The notes beneath the pieces were generated by a model. That model was given only the letters and a program-made list of their open reading frames with translations. It was not told where the DNA came from and ran no database searches. A stretch of 64,000 nucleotides of DNA, taken from the NCBI GenBank assembly GCA_963514005.1, contig OY740809.1, forward strand, positions 22,072,001 to 22,136,000. Reading direction: 5' to 3'. Source of the stretch: Raja brachyura (Eukaryota). The position numbers and the translations under genes were made by a program. Shown in pieces: positions 51,351 to 64,000 of the stretch; within the stretch, counting starts at the first letter, position 1; each line of letters opens with the position of its first letter.

Positions 51351-53817
51351 ATTATTGTCATTAGGGAAGTGAGGAGTGAAGTTCAGATGTGACCAGTTAT
51401 TTTCTTGTGACTGGAGGCTGTGACCACTTTTACCCAAAAGACAAAGCGCTGGAGCAACTCAGGAACATCTGGAGAGGACTACATTACAGGCTGGGGCCCT
51501 TTTTCAGATTGGATCAGTTTGTATGGACAGGTGCCGTTTCGAGTTGGAACCCTTCTTTAATCAGTCAGAAGGAGGGTCCTGCCATGAAATTTTGCTGCCA
51601 TTCACTGTCCAATTGCTGTCTGACCTGCCTCTGTAATCTTGTGTCTCCACTTTTACCTGGCGATGTTTGTGCTGCAGTTCAAGAAGTTAGAGACTTTTGG
51701 TTGCACCCAAGACAATTCCCATTCCAGCAAATTCCCCAACATTTTTAAATGATCAATTGTCAAGTGGAATAAGAGAAATTCCCATACACAGCTCTCTTAA
51801 ATATTCCCAAAAGTTAAACATATTGAACTTGATTTTGTTTGACCACTGAAATTCTACATACATATTACATCGATGATGATAAAAAGGAGGGATCACTTAG
51901 TTCCCGTTTCATTTAACTGGGATTATTAGCAATTAAACTCTCTGAAGGCTGGTGTTCACTTGCCAAGTTGTCGGTTGGAGGGTATGCGAGAGGGTCGCCA
52001 AGAATACGCAGAGAATAGTGAATTGTGACAGGCCAGGATTACCCTGTCACTCTGCGCTTCATTAAAGTGGTAATAATAGACGTATTGTAAATGACTGAGT
52101 ACCTTTGACCTCAACAATGGGGACAGGCAGCTGATGGTTGCAGCTGTTTCCAAACAGACACACGCACACACACATATATACATACACTCATATTGGACCC
52201 TAATCTGTCACCAACAATGCTCTTTAACCAAAACAAAACGTCAGCATTTAGCAAAAGAGGCTAATACTTTGTTCCAATGAATTTCATGAGTATAACAGAA
52301 TTAGAGGACACAGTCACACGAGCGTTTAGTTTGGCTATTGAATCATTTAGCCTGGCACTCTCGTAACCAAGTGCTTTCTCGTGGTCTCCGATAACCCGAC
52401 CTCGGATTTCCTCATAATTGTGAATCAAACATATGGCATCTTATGCAAGAAGAATCTAGGAGGCAAAGGCCACGCACTAGTTACTTTCTTCACAAATAGC
52501 GAAACAGAAATGTTATTCGTTAAAGCTGCAGAAGTAGATCAAACTTTGCTAGATTTGTTTATGTAACTTCCGATGCATCAGTCATAGAGAATTATAAGAA
52601 GTTTGATAACAATAAATTGACTACACAAGCAATCAATGTATACTGTATCTGTTTTGAAATGCGATGTTCAGCCAACTGATGTGGAGCCTTTTGGGAATAG
52701 TGACCACAGTTCTATTATCTATAAAATAGTTGTGGATAAGGACAGGGCTGGTACACAAGTTTAAAGTTTAAAATGAGTACAAGGTAAACGTTGATGATAT
52801 TAGTCAAAAATTGACAAAAGTTGATTGGTGTAGGTTATTTGCAGGTGAAGGGATGTCTAGAAAGTGGGGTGCTTTTAAAAGTGTGATAGTGAAAGTTCAC
52901 GGTATACATATTCCTGTTAAAGTGAATGGTAAAATAGGTACAGGTTGGGAACTCAGGATGACGAGAAAAAGTTAAGTCCACATCAGAAAAAAGGAGAAAG
53001 GGAAATAAATAGGGTGAATGCAGTCTTTTTCACAGGGTTGGGCAATCAAGAACTAGAGGGCATAGGTTTAATGTGAATGGGGAAAGATGTTCAGAATCAT
53101 TTATCCTTTTCCACTTCAAAGAACACAGTAACATTGAACTCGTTGACAATTTGCTCATCAAAAAGTATTAGAATCACTTTAGCTTTGAATGGAAATTACT
53201 AACTCAAGTTCAAAAAGGTATCTTGTGTCGTTATGTATCGTAAAACTGGTTCATATTAACATGCAAATATATTTTCAATGTGCTTCCACTTGGCTACTAT
53301 ATTTACCCATTTTTTTTAGTAACTTAGTTATGCAACAAATAACAAACTCAAAATAAATCTTTGATTATGAGCGCTCTGGGAGCATCTGTGAATGCTTTTC
53401 CCTCTGAAAGAATGTAAAGGGAAAGTTTTATTCATATGTATTTTCCTTTAATATCAGGTAACATAACTAAATGTGGAAAAGGCAGTAACATGAATATTAT
53501 CAAACTATCAATAATAATCATAAAGATTTCAATACATAAACTGAACCTATTGGTGAATAAAGCTGTAGATACTTAAGTTATTCACCTGAATTCTAGCAGA
53601 TGCTTGGAGTGACGTTCAGTACTGCAACACTCGAAAATACCCACGTGAACTCATCCTGACTACGTCTCCCTATGCACATCTACATTGCACAAAATTACAG
53701 ATTTTTTAAATATACATATTTTTATTCTGTATGCAGAAAATTAGGAAGCAACCAGTGTCAAAAAAAGGATGTTGAGAAGCTTGATTATTAAAAAAAACAT
53801 AACTTTCTTACAGTGTG

Positions 53818-53997
53818 GCTACAAGGAACTGCAGATGCTGGTTTACAAAAAAAGACACAAAATGCAGGTCAGGCAGCCTCTCTGGATTCAGGTCAGGAAA
53901 CTTCTTCAGTCTGAAGAAGGGTCTGGACCCGAAATGTCACCTTCTGCAGAAATGCTGTCTGACCCGCTGAGTTACTCCAGCATTTTGTGTCCTTTTT
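53818..53997. mobile_element. Fold-back Penelope-like copy
   Basis: Family motifs in both orientations around the core CTGAAGAAGGGTCTGGACCCGAAATGTC. Confidence 0.65.
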
Positions 53998-56900
53998 TAC
54001 ATTACTGGACCAGGATTATTGTGAACCTTTAAGTGATTGAGCATACTGACTTCTATGGCTATCTAGACTGTACCTCTGTCACCCTGCTCCCTGTGAGGAC
54101 ACTATTCCATTTCCCCCAGTTTCTTCATCTCACCTTTTCCAATGACAAGACTGTGATTTTGAGTCGCCTTCCTTTCCCCTCATCGTTGACAGGATTCACA
54201 ACACATTTCAGTTATTTCCTGCACTTCTTTCACCCCGCCTGCACAGCCAAAGCAATGCCGGTGTACCCACTGCCCTCACAGCTACCCTGCCAGCCTCCAC
54301 ATCCAAAGAAGCAGCCCAACCTTCAACAAGATTTTACAGCCGGACAAAATCTATCTTTCTAAAGGCACTGTTCCCTCTGTGACTCGCTGGTCCCTTCTCT
54401 CGTTTCCTCTCGATCCCCACTAACATATAACAGTGTAGCGCAGGAACAGGCCCTTTGGCCCACAATGTCCATGCCAAACATGAAGCCAAGTTAATCTACT
54501 TTCCTCTGCCTGCATGTGATTCAGATCTCTCCATTTTCTGCAGGTCCATGTGCCAATCTTAAAGCCTAAAGGCTCCAATCCACATGACACTTTACCTTAC
54601 AATCACAAGAAATACAACCACTCATATAAATGCCCATTCCCGTCGAACATTGTATTTCCATTTCTGACCATCGTTCGATCCATCCAAGTCCAATGTTAGC
54701 GCAAGAATCAGCACCTCGACTTCCAGGTTGCAGCCCTCAGGACTCAACATTACTGATGAGCCTTTCCTGTTTGTATCAGAGCTGCCTCATTCGGAAGCAA
54801 AGTCATCCACCTATAAGTCAACAATATTTCAGTTTTAATTTTGCTTTCTCCGTAAGTGCAAACTTAATCAGAACAATTTAACTCTCTTTATTTAATATTT
54901 CCAGTAACTGCTGTATTCCAAGTTCTTGCATGTTGCTTTGTTTACTCCACCTCACTCATTTATGTCTCTATTTACAGTATGCTCCTCCAAATTGATCAAC
55001 TCTCTCTCTCTCTGACAGATCAAAAGCAATTATGTCACTTAATAACCTTTGATCTCCACTCCGTCAGATATTCTTTTGTTCTTATTGCAATTTAGTACTC
55101 TTGTCTTTCTCACTTTTCCATCTCTGATGAGTCATTGTGCTGAAACATTCTCTCCACAGATGCTGCCTCGTTGACTGAATATTTCCAACACCTCATTTTT
55201 AATTTTAAAATTAGTAAATTATGGTAGGCTGTTATAAATTTGTTATTCACTTAATACAATTTCTCCCACTGAACCAGTAACACCAACACCTTCTGCCGTG
55301 TTCGAGTACAATTTTTAACATTTGCGAACCGATCAAAATATTTCAGTTGTAAAGAAAACAAAGGAGAGAATGAATGGCAGCAATGTTAAATGTGGAAACT
55401 TGGCTTTGAAGAAGTCTACACAGGTGTGTGGAGCACAAGGCCAAACAGCAATAAACTTGCTGCCTCAGCTTATTTTGATTAATTTCCCTTGATACTACTA
55501 ACCAACAAAAATTAATTTCAGGCCTTCAAAATTCAGTTGACCCAGCATCCATTGCCCTTTTGGACAAGACAGTTCTTGGTTTCTACAACTGTTTGAAGAA
55601 AGACATCCGGATTCAACTGAAAAGCATGATGAATATTAAGATTATGCTCCCTTGTGGGGAATTACCCACAAAAAAAATCTGCACTATAGAATTGCCATAT
55701 TTTAAGCAGCTCCCAACTACTTATTTCCAAAAGGCTTCAAATAATAATCTCACATTTTTTTTTTGTATATGAAAAGGATCCTCATCATATTCCAAATGGC
55801 ATGAAATTCTCAATGAAAGCTGCTGGCTGGTCCTGTGCCTGCAATGACAGGGGTAATACCGTTGCTGCCTTGCAGCCTCTCTCTCTCAGCGGGGAAGCTG
55901 GAGGGTCTCCAGCCTCAGGCAAAACATATGTTACTTTCAAACTGATTAATACGAGTTTATTTTGGAGCAATAATTATCAAATGTCTATTAATCACCTCTG
56001 TGCACATGAGCACCACTGAATAAAGATCACCGCATTGAGACAGGCACAGAAAATAAAACAAAGGGACAGGTGAAGAGGCTGATAAGTGTTACGTCTCTCA
56101 GTATCTGATATATTTGTATGTCACGCTATTGGGCCCATCAAACAAATTGAATGTAAATATGTTTAGGTTTCACAATTTTCTAAACCATAAAAACGTTGCA
56201 CACATCTGCAATAATTAGATATACAAGATCCCTATTAGAACAGTGACATTTATTTTCACAAGGGGATCTTGAAGCAAAAGCTGGCTGCAAAACACAAACT
56301 CCTCAAGAAAAATGCTCAGCATTTCAATCGACGTTCTGGCTGGCATGACTTTCTTTTATGTTCAGAAAAGCCAGGCGAAACCTGTTCTTGCTAAAAAAAA
56401 AAAGGAGCATCTTTGGTGATAAGTTATGACAATGCTCATGCTCTCTGTGGAGATGCAATGGATACGGTTGACTGATAAATGATAAAATGTTGCATTAATA
56501 CACAGGAGAAAACAGCAATAAAATCATGACTGCTGTGCCCTACAGATAGAAGGCTAAAAACAGTTGTTGATGCAATTCAAGAAAAAAGTGATTTAACTCA
56601 ATCTTATCCACTGATACGAACATAAATAGAATCAGCAGTAGGCCATTGGGCTCTTCGCACCTGCTCCACCATTGAATAAATCATACCTGGTCTTTGGCCC
56701 CAGGGCCACTTTTCTTAACCGACCCTATATCCCTTCACATCCAACAATATAAGTGAACAATCCTCAGTGAGGTTGTAGATTGATAAATTAACTTTAAACC
56801 CAGCATTATAGAAGGCCCGTGTAGATAAAAACGTGTAGAGAAATCTTCCACTTTTTAAAATGATAGCTCATTTCAATGTGAAATAATTCAGAGTCTCTCT

Positions 56901-58380
56901 AACCTTTAATAACAATATTATTTTTAACTATCACTTCTTAGATGCTGGGAAAATTCAACCACTGTATATGTCATTACATTGAAATGTTGCGATGAGTATT
57001 ACGGGGAAATGCAAGTTCAATATATTAGTATTTGATGGTTTGATGATTTACTGGGGGGGGGGGGGGGGGGGGGGTGTAATATACAGCAGCTGTGGTTGAT
57101 CTTATGTAAATCAGCAACAAGATCACACACTTGCCTGAATCTGGCCATGAAAGTTAGCCTTTCAAACATTGACTGATATTTGGTTTAAACTAAGTCCTAG
57201 CAGTGGACCTGACAATTGATGGGTTTAAATTAATTTTAATTTTGATTAAAATTCTTCTACAACAACAAATAAGGATTCAAAAATGAGCGAAATACATTTT
57301 ATTTACAAGAATTCTGAATATTTCCGTTATGACCCATGGTGGAACAGAAAAGAGCAACATTATGTTTTATTTAATAAAAAACAGGTGTTTCGATCCTCCA
57401 GTAGAATAAGCTGGAACCAACAAAAAAAACTAGGGAATATACATCAATCTATCCAGATCGATCTTGGTGCAAACTATCTGAATTTATATTTTGTAAAAGT
57501 ACACAAAGTGTTCAGTTAATCTGTCACGTGTAATAGAGCATGATAACTTTCCCAAAATAACATTAGTATACACACGGAAAGAGTTATGATTATAAAAAAA
57601 TACATGCCAATTTCTAGCATAAAACAATTACATTTTAGCAGATGTCCAATCAACAAGCACTTCTAGCTTGGGTTTAACTGCAATAATCTGATCACTTTCA
57701 CCGCGTTCCTCTGTTGCTGCAAGACTGCAGCATAACATAAATTGAATTAACTCGAATGCTTTGAGTAAGACATCACGACCCCAAATTTAAATGTACATTC
57801 GAGATTCAGTTCAAATAATTAGCCCTCAAAAATCAAAGATTAGACTGGCAAACTGCTGGTGACAAAACAATTCTTTGCAGAGCACAAGTTTAAACTCTCT
57901 GGTCTGGCATGTTTTTAAATTGTACTACGCATCTTTACTAATTCTAGCTCAGATTTACCATGATCTAAGATCTGTACTGATCTGCAGCTAATTAGCCTAC
58001 CAGTGCAAGTTTTATATATCTTAGCTGATAGCATTAACATTTTATGAAAACCAGATCATGGACCATTCTTGGAGTTCTTCAGCTTCCATTTCCTATAATT
58101 GTCCCACCAAACCCATCCCCTACTCAGAAGAAGATGATCAGGGGACAATTTCTGTGGTCCATCACAGGGCAGTCACAAGGATGCTAGACCAGAGCATCAA
58201 CCAGTATTTCAGAAATATTTATTTTACATAGTTTTTGCAAATTACTTATGAGCAATTTTCTGAAACTCTTGGCCAATTAATATTGTACTAACATAAATTT
58301 GAAGTGTATAAATCGTATGTTTGTGCATAAGTGAGGTCATATTTTCAATCAAACTCCATAACTTTTAGTGAACCTTAGGC

Positions 58381-58386
58381 TTTATT
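58381..58386 (-). promoter_or_regulatory. Candidate proximal PSMB2 polyadenylation signal
   Basis: TTTATT on + (AATAAA on -) about 55 nt past the stop. Further hexamers lie at 58218 and 57366. Confidence 0.45.
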
Positions 58387-58441
58387 GGGCTCATATACAT
58401 AATAAATTTCTACAAGTAAAAAAAAAGCCAAAAAAGTACAA

Positions 58442-58543
58442 TTATATCTTTGACATTGTAATCTGCTCCATATCATGAACACCATCCTTATCAATGATTC
58501 GAACAGTAAAGGTGGGAAGGTTCAGAATAAATCGTTTCTGGAT
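58442..58543 (-). CDS. PSMB2: Proteasome subunit beta type-2, last coding exon
   Basis: ctttcag|ATC start. Translates [33 protein letters not shown], stop at 58442-58444. Confidence 0.95.
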   Translation of the reverse strand: MQKRFILNLPTFTVRIIDKDGVHDMEQITMSKI

Positions 58544-59152
58544 CTGAAAGACAAAACAATTACAACTGAATTCAATCAATCCACAATTTCAACATACGAT
58601 TAATGTCAACTGATGCATTTAGTCACAAACAAGCCCAATATGGAAATACAGCACTGGTGAAAGATGGGGTGCATTCGAGTAACTGGGCATTTTCACATCT
58701 GCTATTCCCTTTATCAGCAGTGCATGGAAGAGCAGCAACTGTACCTTTGTCTTAAATGGAGCTCCCTCCCACCCAGAAAATCTTAATAACAGCATAACAA
58801 TTAGAGAGAAAAATGAAGACATGAACGTCAATACTCCTACTCAATTGATATCAGGATACACATGTAGAAAATGAAAAGTGTGTTCACTCCCTGAACGTTT
58901 ATCCAGAGCAGTTGATAATATCAAAACTCAGTAAAAGCTGAGAATGCACTCTTTAAAGGAAACCTTAGTCTTGAACAGACCTAGTGATACCCGTTCAAAG
59001 CACAAGGCCAAAATTACAAGGGCTGTATGTTTTGATGTCAACGTGTGAAAATATAAACATGTGCAGCAAGTTTCAGAAACCCAGAGGTGAATAATGTATT
59101 TTATAAAAAGAACAAATTTTGCTACAGAATTCCACTCGGATTTGGATCTCAC

Positions 59153-59202
59153 CTCTAGCAAGCATTTCTTCAAGAGCTCAATGGCCTCTTCGCGCGTGAG
59201 AT
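59153..59202 (-). CDS. PSMB2: Proteasome subunit beta type-2, 50-nt exon (exon 5 equivalent)
   Basis: tttgcag|AT...GAG|gtgaga. Translates (D)LTREEAIELLKKCLLE, in phase with both neighbouring exons. Confidence 0.94.
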
Positions 59203-60632
59203 CTGCAAACACATTGTTTCAATTTTTGAAATCTTCTCAAATAAAAACAAGCCCCAACCCCCTCCCTCTGCAAAATTAAATAAAGTCCAGACTAGAAAAC
59301 AGAAGTTATCTGACACACAGCTGAACACGGTCCATATGTAAAATAGGGTTTTTAAACAGAATCAGGCCCACTCAAACTGCAAGCTGGAACGAATCAATTA
59401 GTTTTTGGAAATCGAATCGCATCAGAATCCGCCTCCTTTTCCTGGTCCAAACCCGGGAAAAGGACAGGCACTTCTTAGATTCAATTTATTACAAACAGTG
59501 TAATGAGCTCCATCTGCAGATGCTGGCTGCACTTAGCGCATTTCGTTTAACCGGCCTCCTGCTGAGCATTAGATTCATCAATCGAAGTGACACGTGCTTT
59601 TGACTTCTAAGAGTAAAGACCTGTGCTTATTCTGCCATAACGATCCGTGATATAGTCTATTCCACTTAACACAGTGAGAGCAATTTTATTCATTGTATGT
59701 TTCAACAGAAATTTAAGATTAACTCTAAAAGATGAAATGTAGCATTAAGATCGGACAATTCAAAGCTCAGAACTAGTGCACCATGTTATTCCAGAATTCA
59801 TTTTAATTGTCAGAATTATTTTTGTACATTTTATTAGTAAAAACTACTTCAATTGCATTTGTACAATCCAAGCTAAAGTATTTCTTCCTTCATTTGAAAT
59901 GCTTCAGAAGAACTGTGGCTCGTGTTCATCTTAAGTGGCTATAATGTGTTTCAGAATTTACAAAACAAGATCAAATTCTAATTAAGATGGGTTTATAATG
60001 CAATTATAATGCCTGTTTAAGAGGATGAAGGAGGGAAAAAAAGTGACAGGATACTTTTAAAATTTAATTATCTTTCCTTCTCAGGTAAAGAAAATCTTTT
60101 TGCACCTTTTAATAACAGATGTCCACACAGCTTCAATTTTGATTATACCGCAAGGTGATAAAAATAGTTACATTGTTGACATGGCATCCAGAAAAATAAA
60201 TGAACCAAATTAACCACTTTACCCTAAAAGGGAAAACCATTTCAAAATTAATTTGTACATGGAAGACTGATTTTTACCAGCTTTACACAGCTGGCTTCAC
60301 TAAATGTACATTGGCTGCTTCAGAGGAAAGAATTTACTTCCTTCTGGAAACTGACCTTTGGACTGGCATAAAGTTAGCAATAATACCCTGCTCAGCTACT
60401 GAGTGTTACAACAAAGTAAAAATGAAATGGGATGAACTGTTTTGTTGAATTAAGAAATCAATGTTGACTAAATTAGCATAATTAAATAATCGACACTAGT
60501 CATCAGTGGGCAAGTGGCAAAAAATGCAAGCCTGCTAGAACAGAACAGCTACAGATCATTATTGTGTAACCAAGGCTTTTCAATCCTGTGATGCAAAGCA
60601 GATAGAACAAAGGGCTGGAACACAATAGTTCA

Positions 60633-60869
<237 letters not shown>

Positions 60870-60989
60870 TCACTATTCATAACAAACTAACTTAGCTCTT
60901 ATGATAAGCAGCACTGTAAATACATCTCAGTTGCGTTGCCCATATCCTGTTTAGTGTTCAATTATTTTATTTTAGAATTATGGTTTCTT

Positions 60990-61300
60990 AAATAAAATTG
61001 AAACTATCTCCCTCACCCTAAAGCTTTGTCCTCTAATCTTTGACATTTCCACCTGGGATAAAAATTGAACCGTCTACCCTATCTGTGCCTCTTGTAAATA
61101 TTATACACTTGCATCAAAGAGCACAATACAAGTTTGTCCAAACTCCCCTCATAGTTAACATCCTCTCCTTTCAGTTTATAGCCTCTATTCCAGGTAGCAT
61201 TCTGGTAAACCTCTTCTGTACCCTCTCCAAAGCCTCCTAATCCTTACTTTAAGAGGGCGACTAGAACTGCACACAACATGCCAAATGTGTTCTATAATAA
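60990..61300 (-). mobile_element. Degraded CR1 LINE fragment in PSMB2 intron; Penelope-like copies follow at ~61705-61990
   Basis: Similarity to the other CR1 and fold-back copies in the window. Confidence 0.6.
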
Positions 61301-64000
61301 AGGTTTTCTAAACTAGTTTTCTCCCCCCCCCCAAATATTTGTTTACCCAAGATAGAGATAAAATTTGATTTTTATTAGATTTAATATTCAGAAAATACAC
61401 TGCTCTTTCCTTGCTAATCCAATAACGGGAATTAAAGCTAAAGATGTGAGCATAGAACACAAAATACTGCACGACCAGTGTGTCAATGGCACCATACCTC
61501 ATTACTGGTCTAAATTATGAAGCTCGACAAAATTATCAATATAAAGATCATGTATATCACCTATTTAAAACTGTTTGCAATTCTTGAGATAAGCAACGCC
61601 AACCGGTTATATATGACTTGCACATTTGTTTATTCTTCACAATATTAAAAAAAAGGGAGAAACCATCCATCTTAAATCCACCTTTATATAGGTTAAGAGA
61701 CCAGGATGAACACAACATGCTGGAGTAGCCCAGCAGGACAGGCAGCATCTCTGGAGTGAAGGAATGTGTGACGTTTTGGATTGAGAACCTCATTCAGAAA
61801 AAAGGAACTGCAAAAGCTGATTTACAAAAAAAGACAAAGTGCTGGAGTAACTCAGCAGACCAGGCAGCAATTCAGGAGAATATGAATTGGTCACGCAGAT
61901 AGCAGTCTAAAAAGGTCCCAACATCATCTCTCCATGTCGTCCATAGATGCTACCTGACCAGCTTAGTCACACTGTAACCATGTTTCCTTTTTAAAAAAAA
62001 TATAAAAGTGAATATGGCTCATGTGTTCCAGAGTTCTTTAGACTTGTACATTTATTAATTATACAGCTATTTTTGTATATGCAAAACATAACAGACTATC
62101 CCATGCATTTCCCATTCACTCCCATCATGCAGTGAATTTGCATTTGTCCCAAGTGATTTTCTTCTACAGCTGATAAACAGGACAGCGGGAAACAATGAGG
62201 AACACTAAAATTATGGATGGCCGAAAAAGAGTAAAGAGGAAAGGCCCAGTCCCCTGAGCAGGTGTATCGATTTAAAGCAAATGGCAGGTGGATCGGAAGG
62301 CAATGAGTAAAAGTTAGATTTTCACCTAGTGATGGTGTCGATCTTAAACTCACCGCATGAAATGATGGCAGAAGCTCATCACATTCAAGCAATACTAGGA
62401 TGGTAAATGAATCCACAACAAGCAAGGTTGTGAAACAAGTGCTGAAAGGGGGCATTAGGTCGGGTAGCTCTTTCAACTGGTACAGATGTGGTCTGAATAG
62501 CTTTTTTTCCTGCCATGATTATTTTGATAGGGAGTAAAGCAAAATTGCTAATAAGGAATGGTTTTGTCAATGTAAGGCGATTGGTCAAAAAGAACAGTGT
62601 GTATTTTGTGGAAAACCATAACTGCACATTAATTAAGAGTGAAACGAGAAGGGTTTGCTGAATGCACCATGTACTGCAAATCTATACACACTGGATACAA
62701 TTTGCAGCACCACAGGCTGCGCATGTCCCCTTGGCTTCATGGATCAGATGGGCAGAATAACTAATGTGAATCCAAGACAAAAGGTCTCCCTCATGCCTCC
62801 AAAAATGCATCACTGAATGATTTTCACAAAATTGCTACCACGCCAAATTTAAGGGTAGCTTCCAGGAGTATGTAGCAGTTCTAGAGTGTTACTATAAAGA
62901 ATATCCAGAGACAGTTTAATTTTCCTTATGATTGTAAAATAATGCTCCATATCAATTAAGATTAGACAGCAAGTCCCCGATGCTGAATACTGACAATAAA
63001 GAATAAGGAATTTCCCACCAATTAAGAAATTATACTAAATTCAAGCAGTCGTGGAACAAGTGGAAGCAGCATAGGAAAACAAACAACCAAGAAAAATGAA
63101 GTGAATGGTGATTAACAAATTAACTGTGGATGTTGAAGATAGCATCAAGCAAAGATAGAAACAGCTGCTGTTATATCCAAATCATAACAGATGATCAACA
63201 TCAATGTTTAGAATATACAATCAGCTAAAGTTTTACTATAAACGTTTGAGTAGTCAGTGAAGGCATTCACTACTTTAAAATATTGGTTTGATTAAAATCA
63301 TTGAAAGTGAACTGTGCAATATAACCAAAGCAGGGCAATTAAGCTAACAAAGTTCAATAAAAAAAAAAATTAAGCAACAAATAAGATGATCACACTATTG
63401 ATGGTTTTTTCTGCGACATCTGGTGAAACAACCTAACAGTTCAGGCAGAGAGCAAGGAAGTATCCCACCGAGCAGTGGAGCAGGAGCGTTAATCTCATAT
63501 TGGACCTCTTCCAACACCCAGCAGCAATAATTAAATCTTTAGAAGCTTGCACCAACAGCCGGCACAATTCGAGGAGGAGCAAAATACTGATGAAGGAAGT
63601 TTCACCAACTGACTTTGACCAATCACAGCAAACCATTTCAATGTTGCAAAAAATTACCCTATTTGTCCAGAATAGCGATGCATCCTCAAAATAAAACCAA
63701 GTCAAAGAAGCCCTTTAGCCTCTGTCCTTTTCTTGTTGAGAGAAATAAGAATCATACACGAGTTGGAAGTTTGAAACAGCTGCTGGTTTACCTTTTTAGG
63801 TAATTTATAAAGGTACTAACAATTTCCGCATCTCCGTTTTGTTTTGAATGGCTCGGGGATTAACACTTAGATGATAACCTAATACTCATTTGAGTTGTCA
63901 TATTCCTCCACTCCTAATGAGGGAGTATATATGGGGCTCAGTGCTGTACCACAAGATACATCCATACTGAAACCACAAGCACTGCTAAAGCTCATTATAC

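Noticed and set aside
57053-57074. Poly-G run (also ~38055-38074)
   Set aside because: A simple homopolymer whose length is unreliable; no supporting context for function.

Overview
This is eukaryotic, repeat-rich vertebrate DNA, most likely from a cartilaginous fish such as a skate or ray (inferred from HE1-like SINEs, CR1/HER1-like LINEs and the other repeat families). Two genes converge tail-to-tail, as they do in human. The last two coding exons of TFAP2E (AP-2 epsilon) lie on + at 8830-8971 and 27241-27532, and the last three coding exons of PSMB2 (proteasome beta-2) lie on - at 60680-60842, 59153-59202 and 58442-58543. Nearly all other ORFs in the track are spurious or transposon fragments. 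The introns and intergenic DNA hold SINEs, CR1 and Rex/Babar LINE fragments, a non-autonomous Helitron, Tc1 and Harbinger fossils, MITEs, and many short fold-back elements carrying a minimal hammerhead-ribozyme-like core (probably Penelope-like pLTR derivatives). The most unusual feature is a ~1.05 kb GC-rich, A-poor fold-back in the last TFAP2E intron (20764-21819). Its two ~500-nt arms differ mostly by changes that give G-U pairs on the sense strand, as if the hairpin had been A-to-G hyper-edited or selected as an RNA duplex. All repeat family names come from motif recognition, not database searches.
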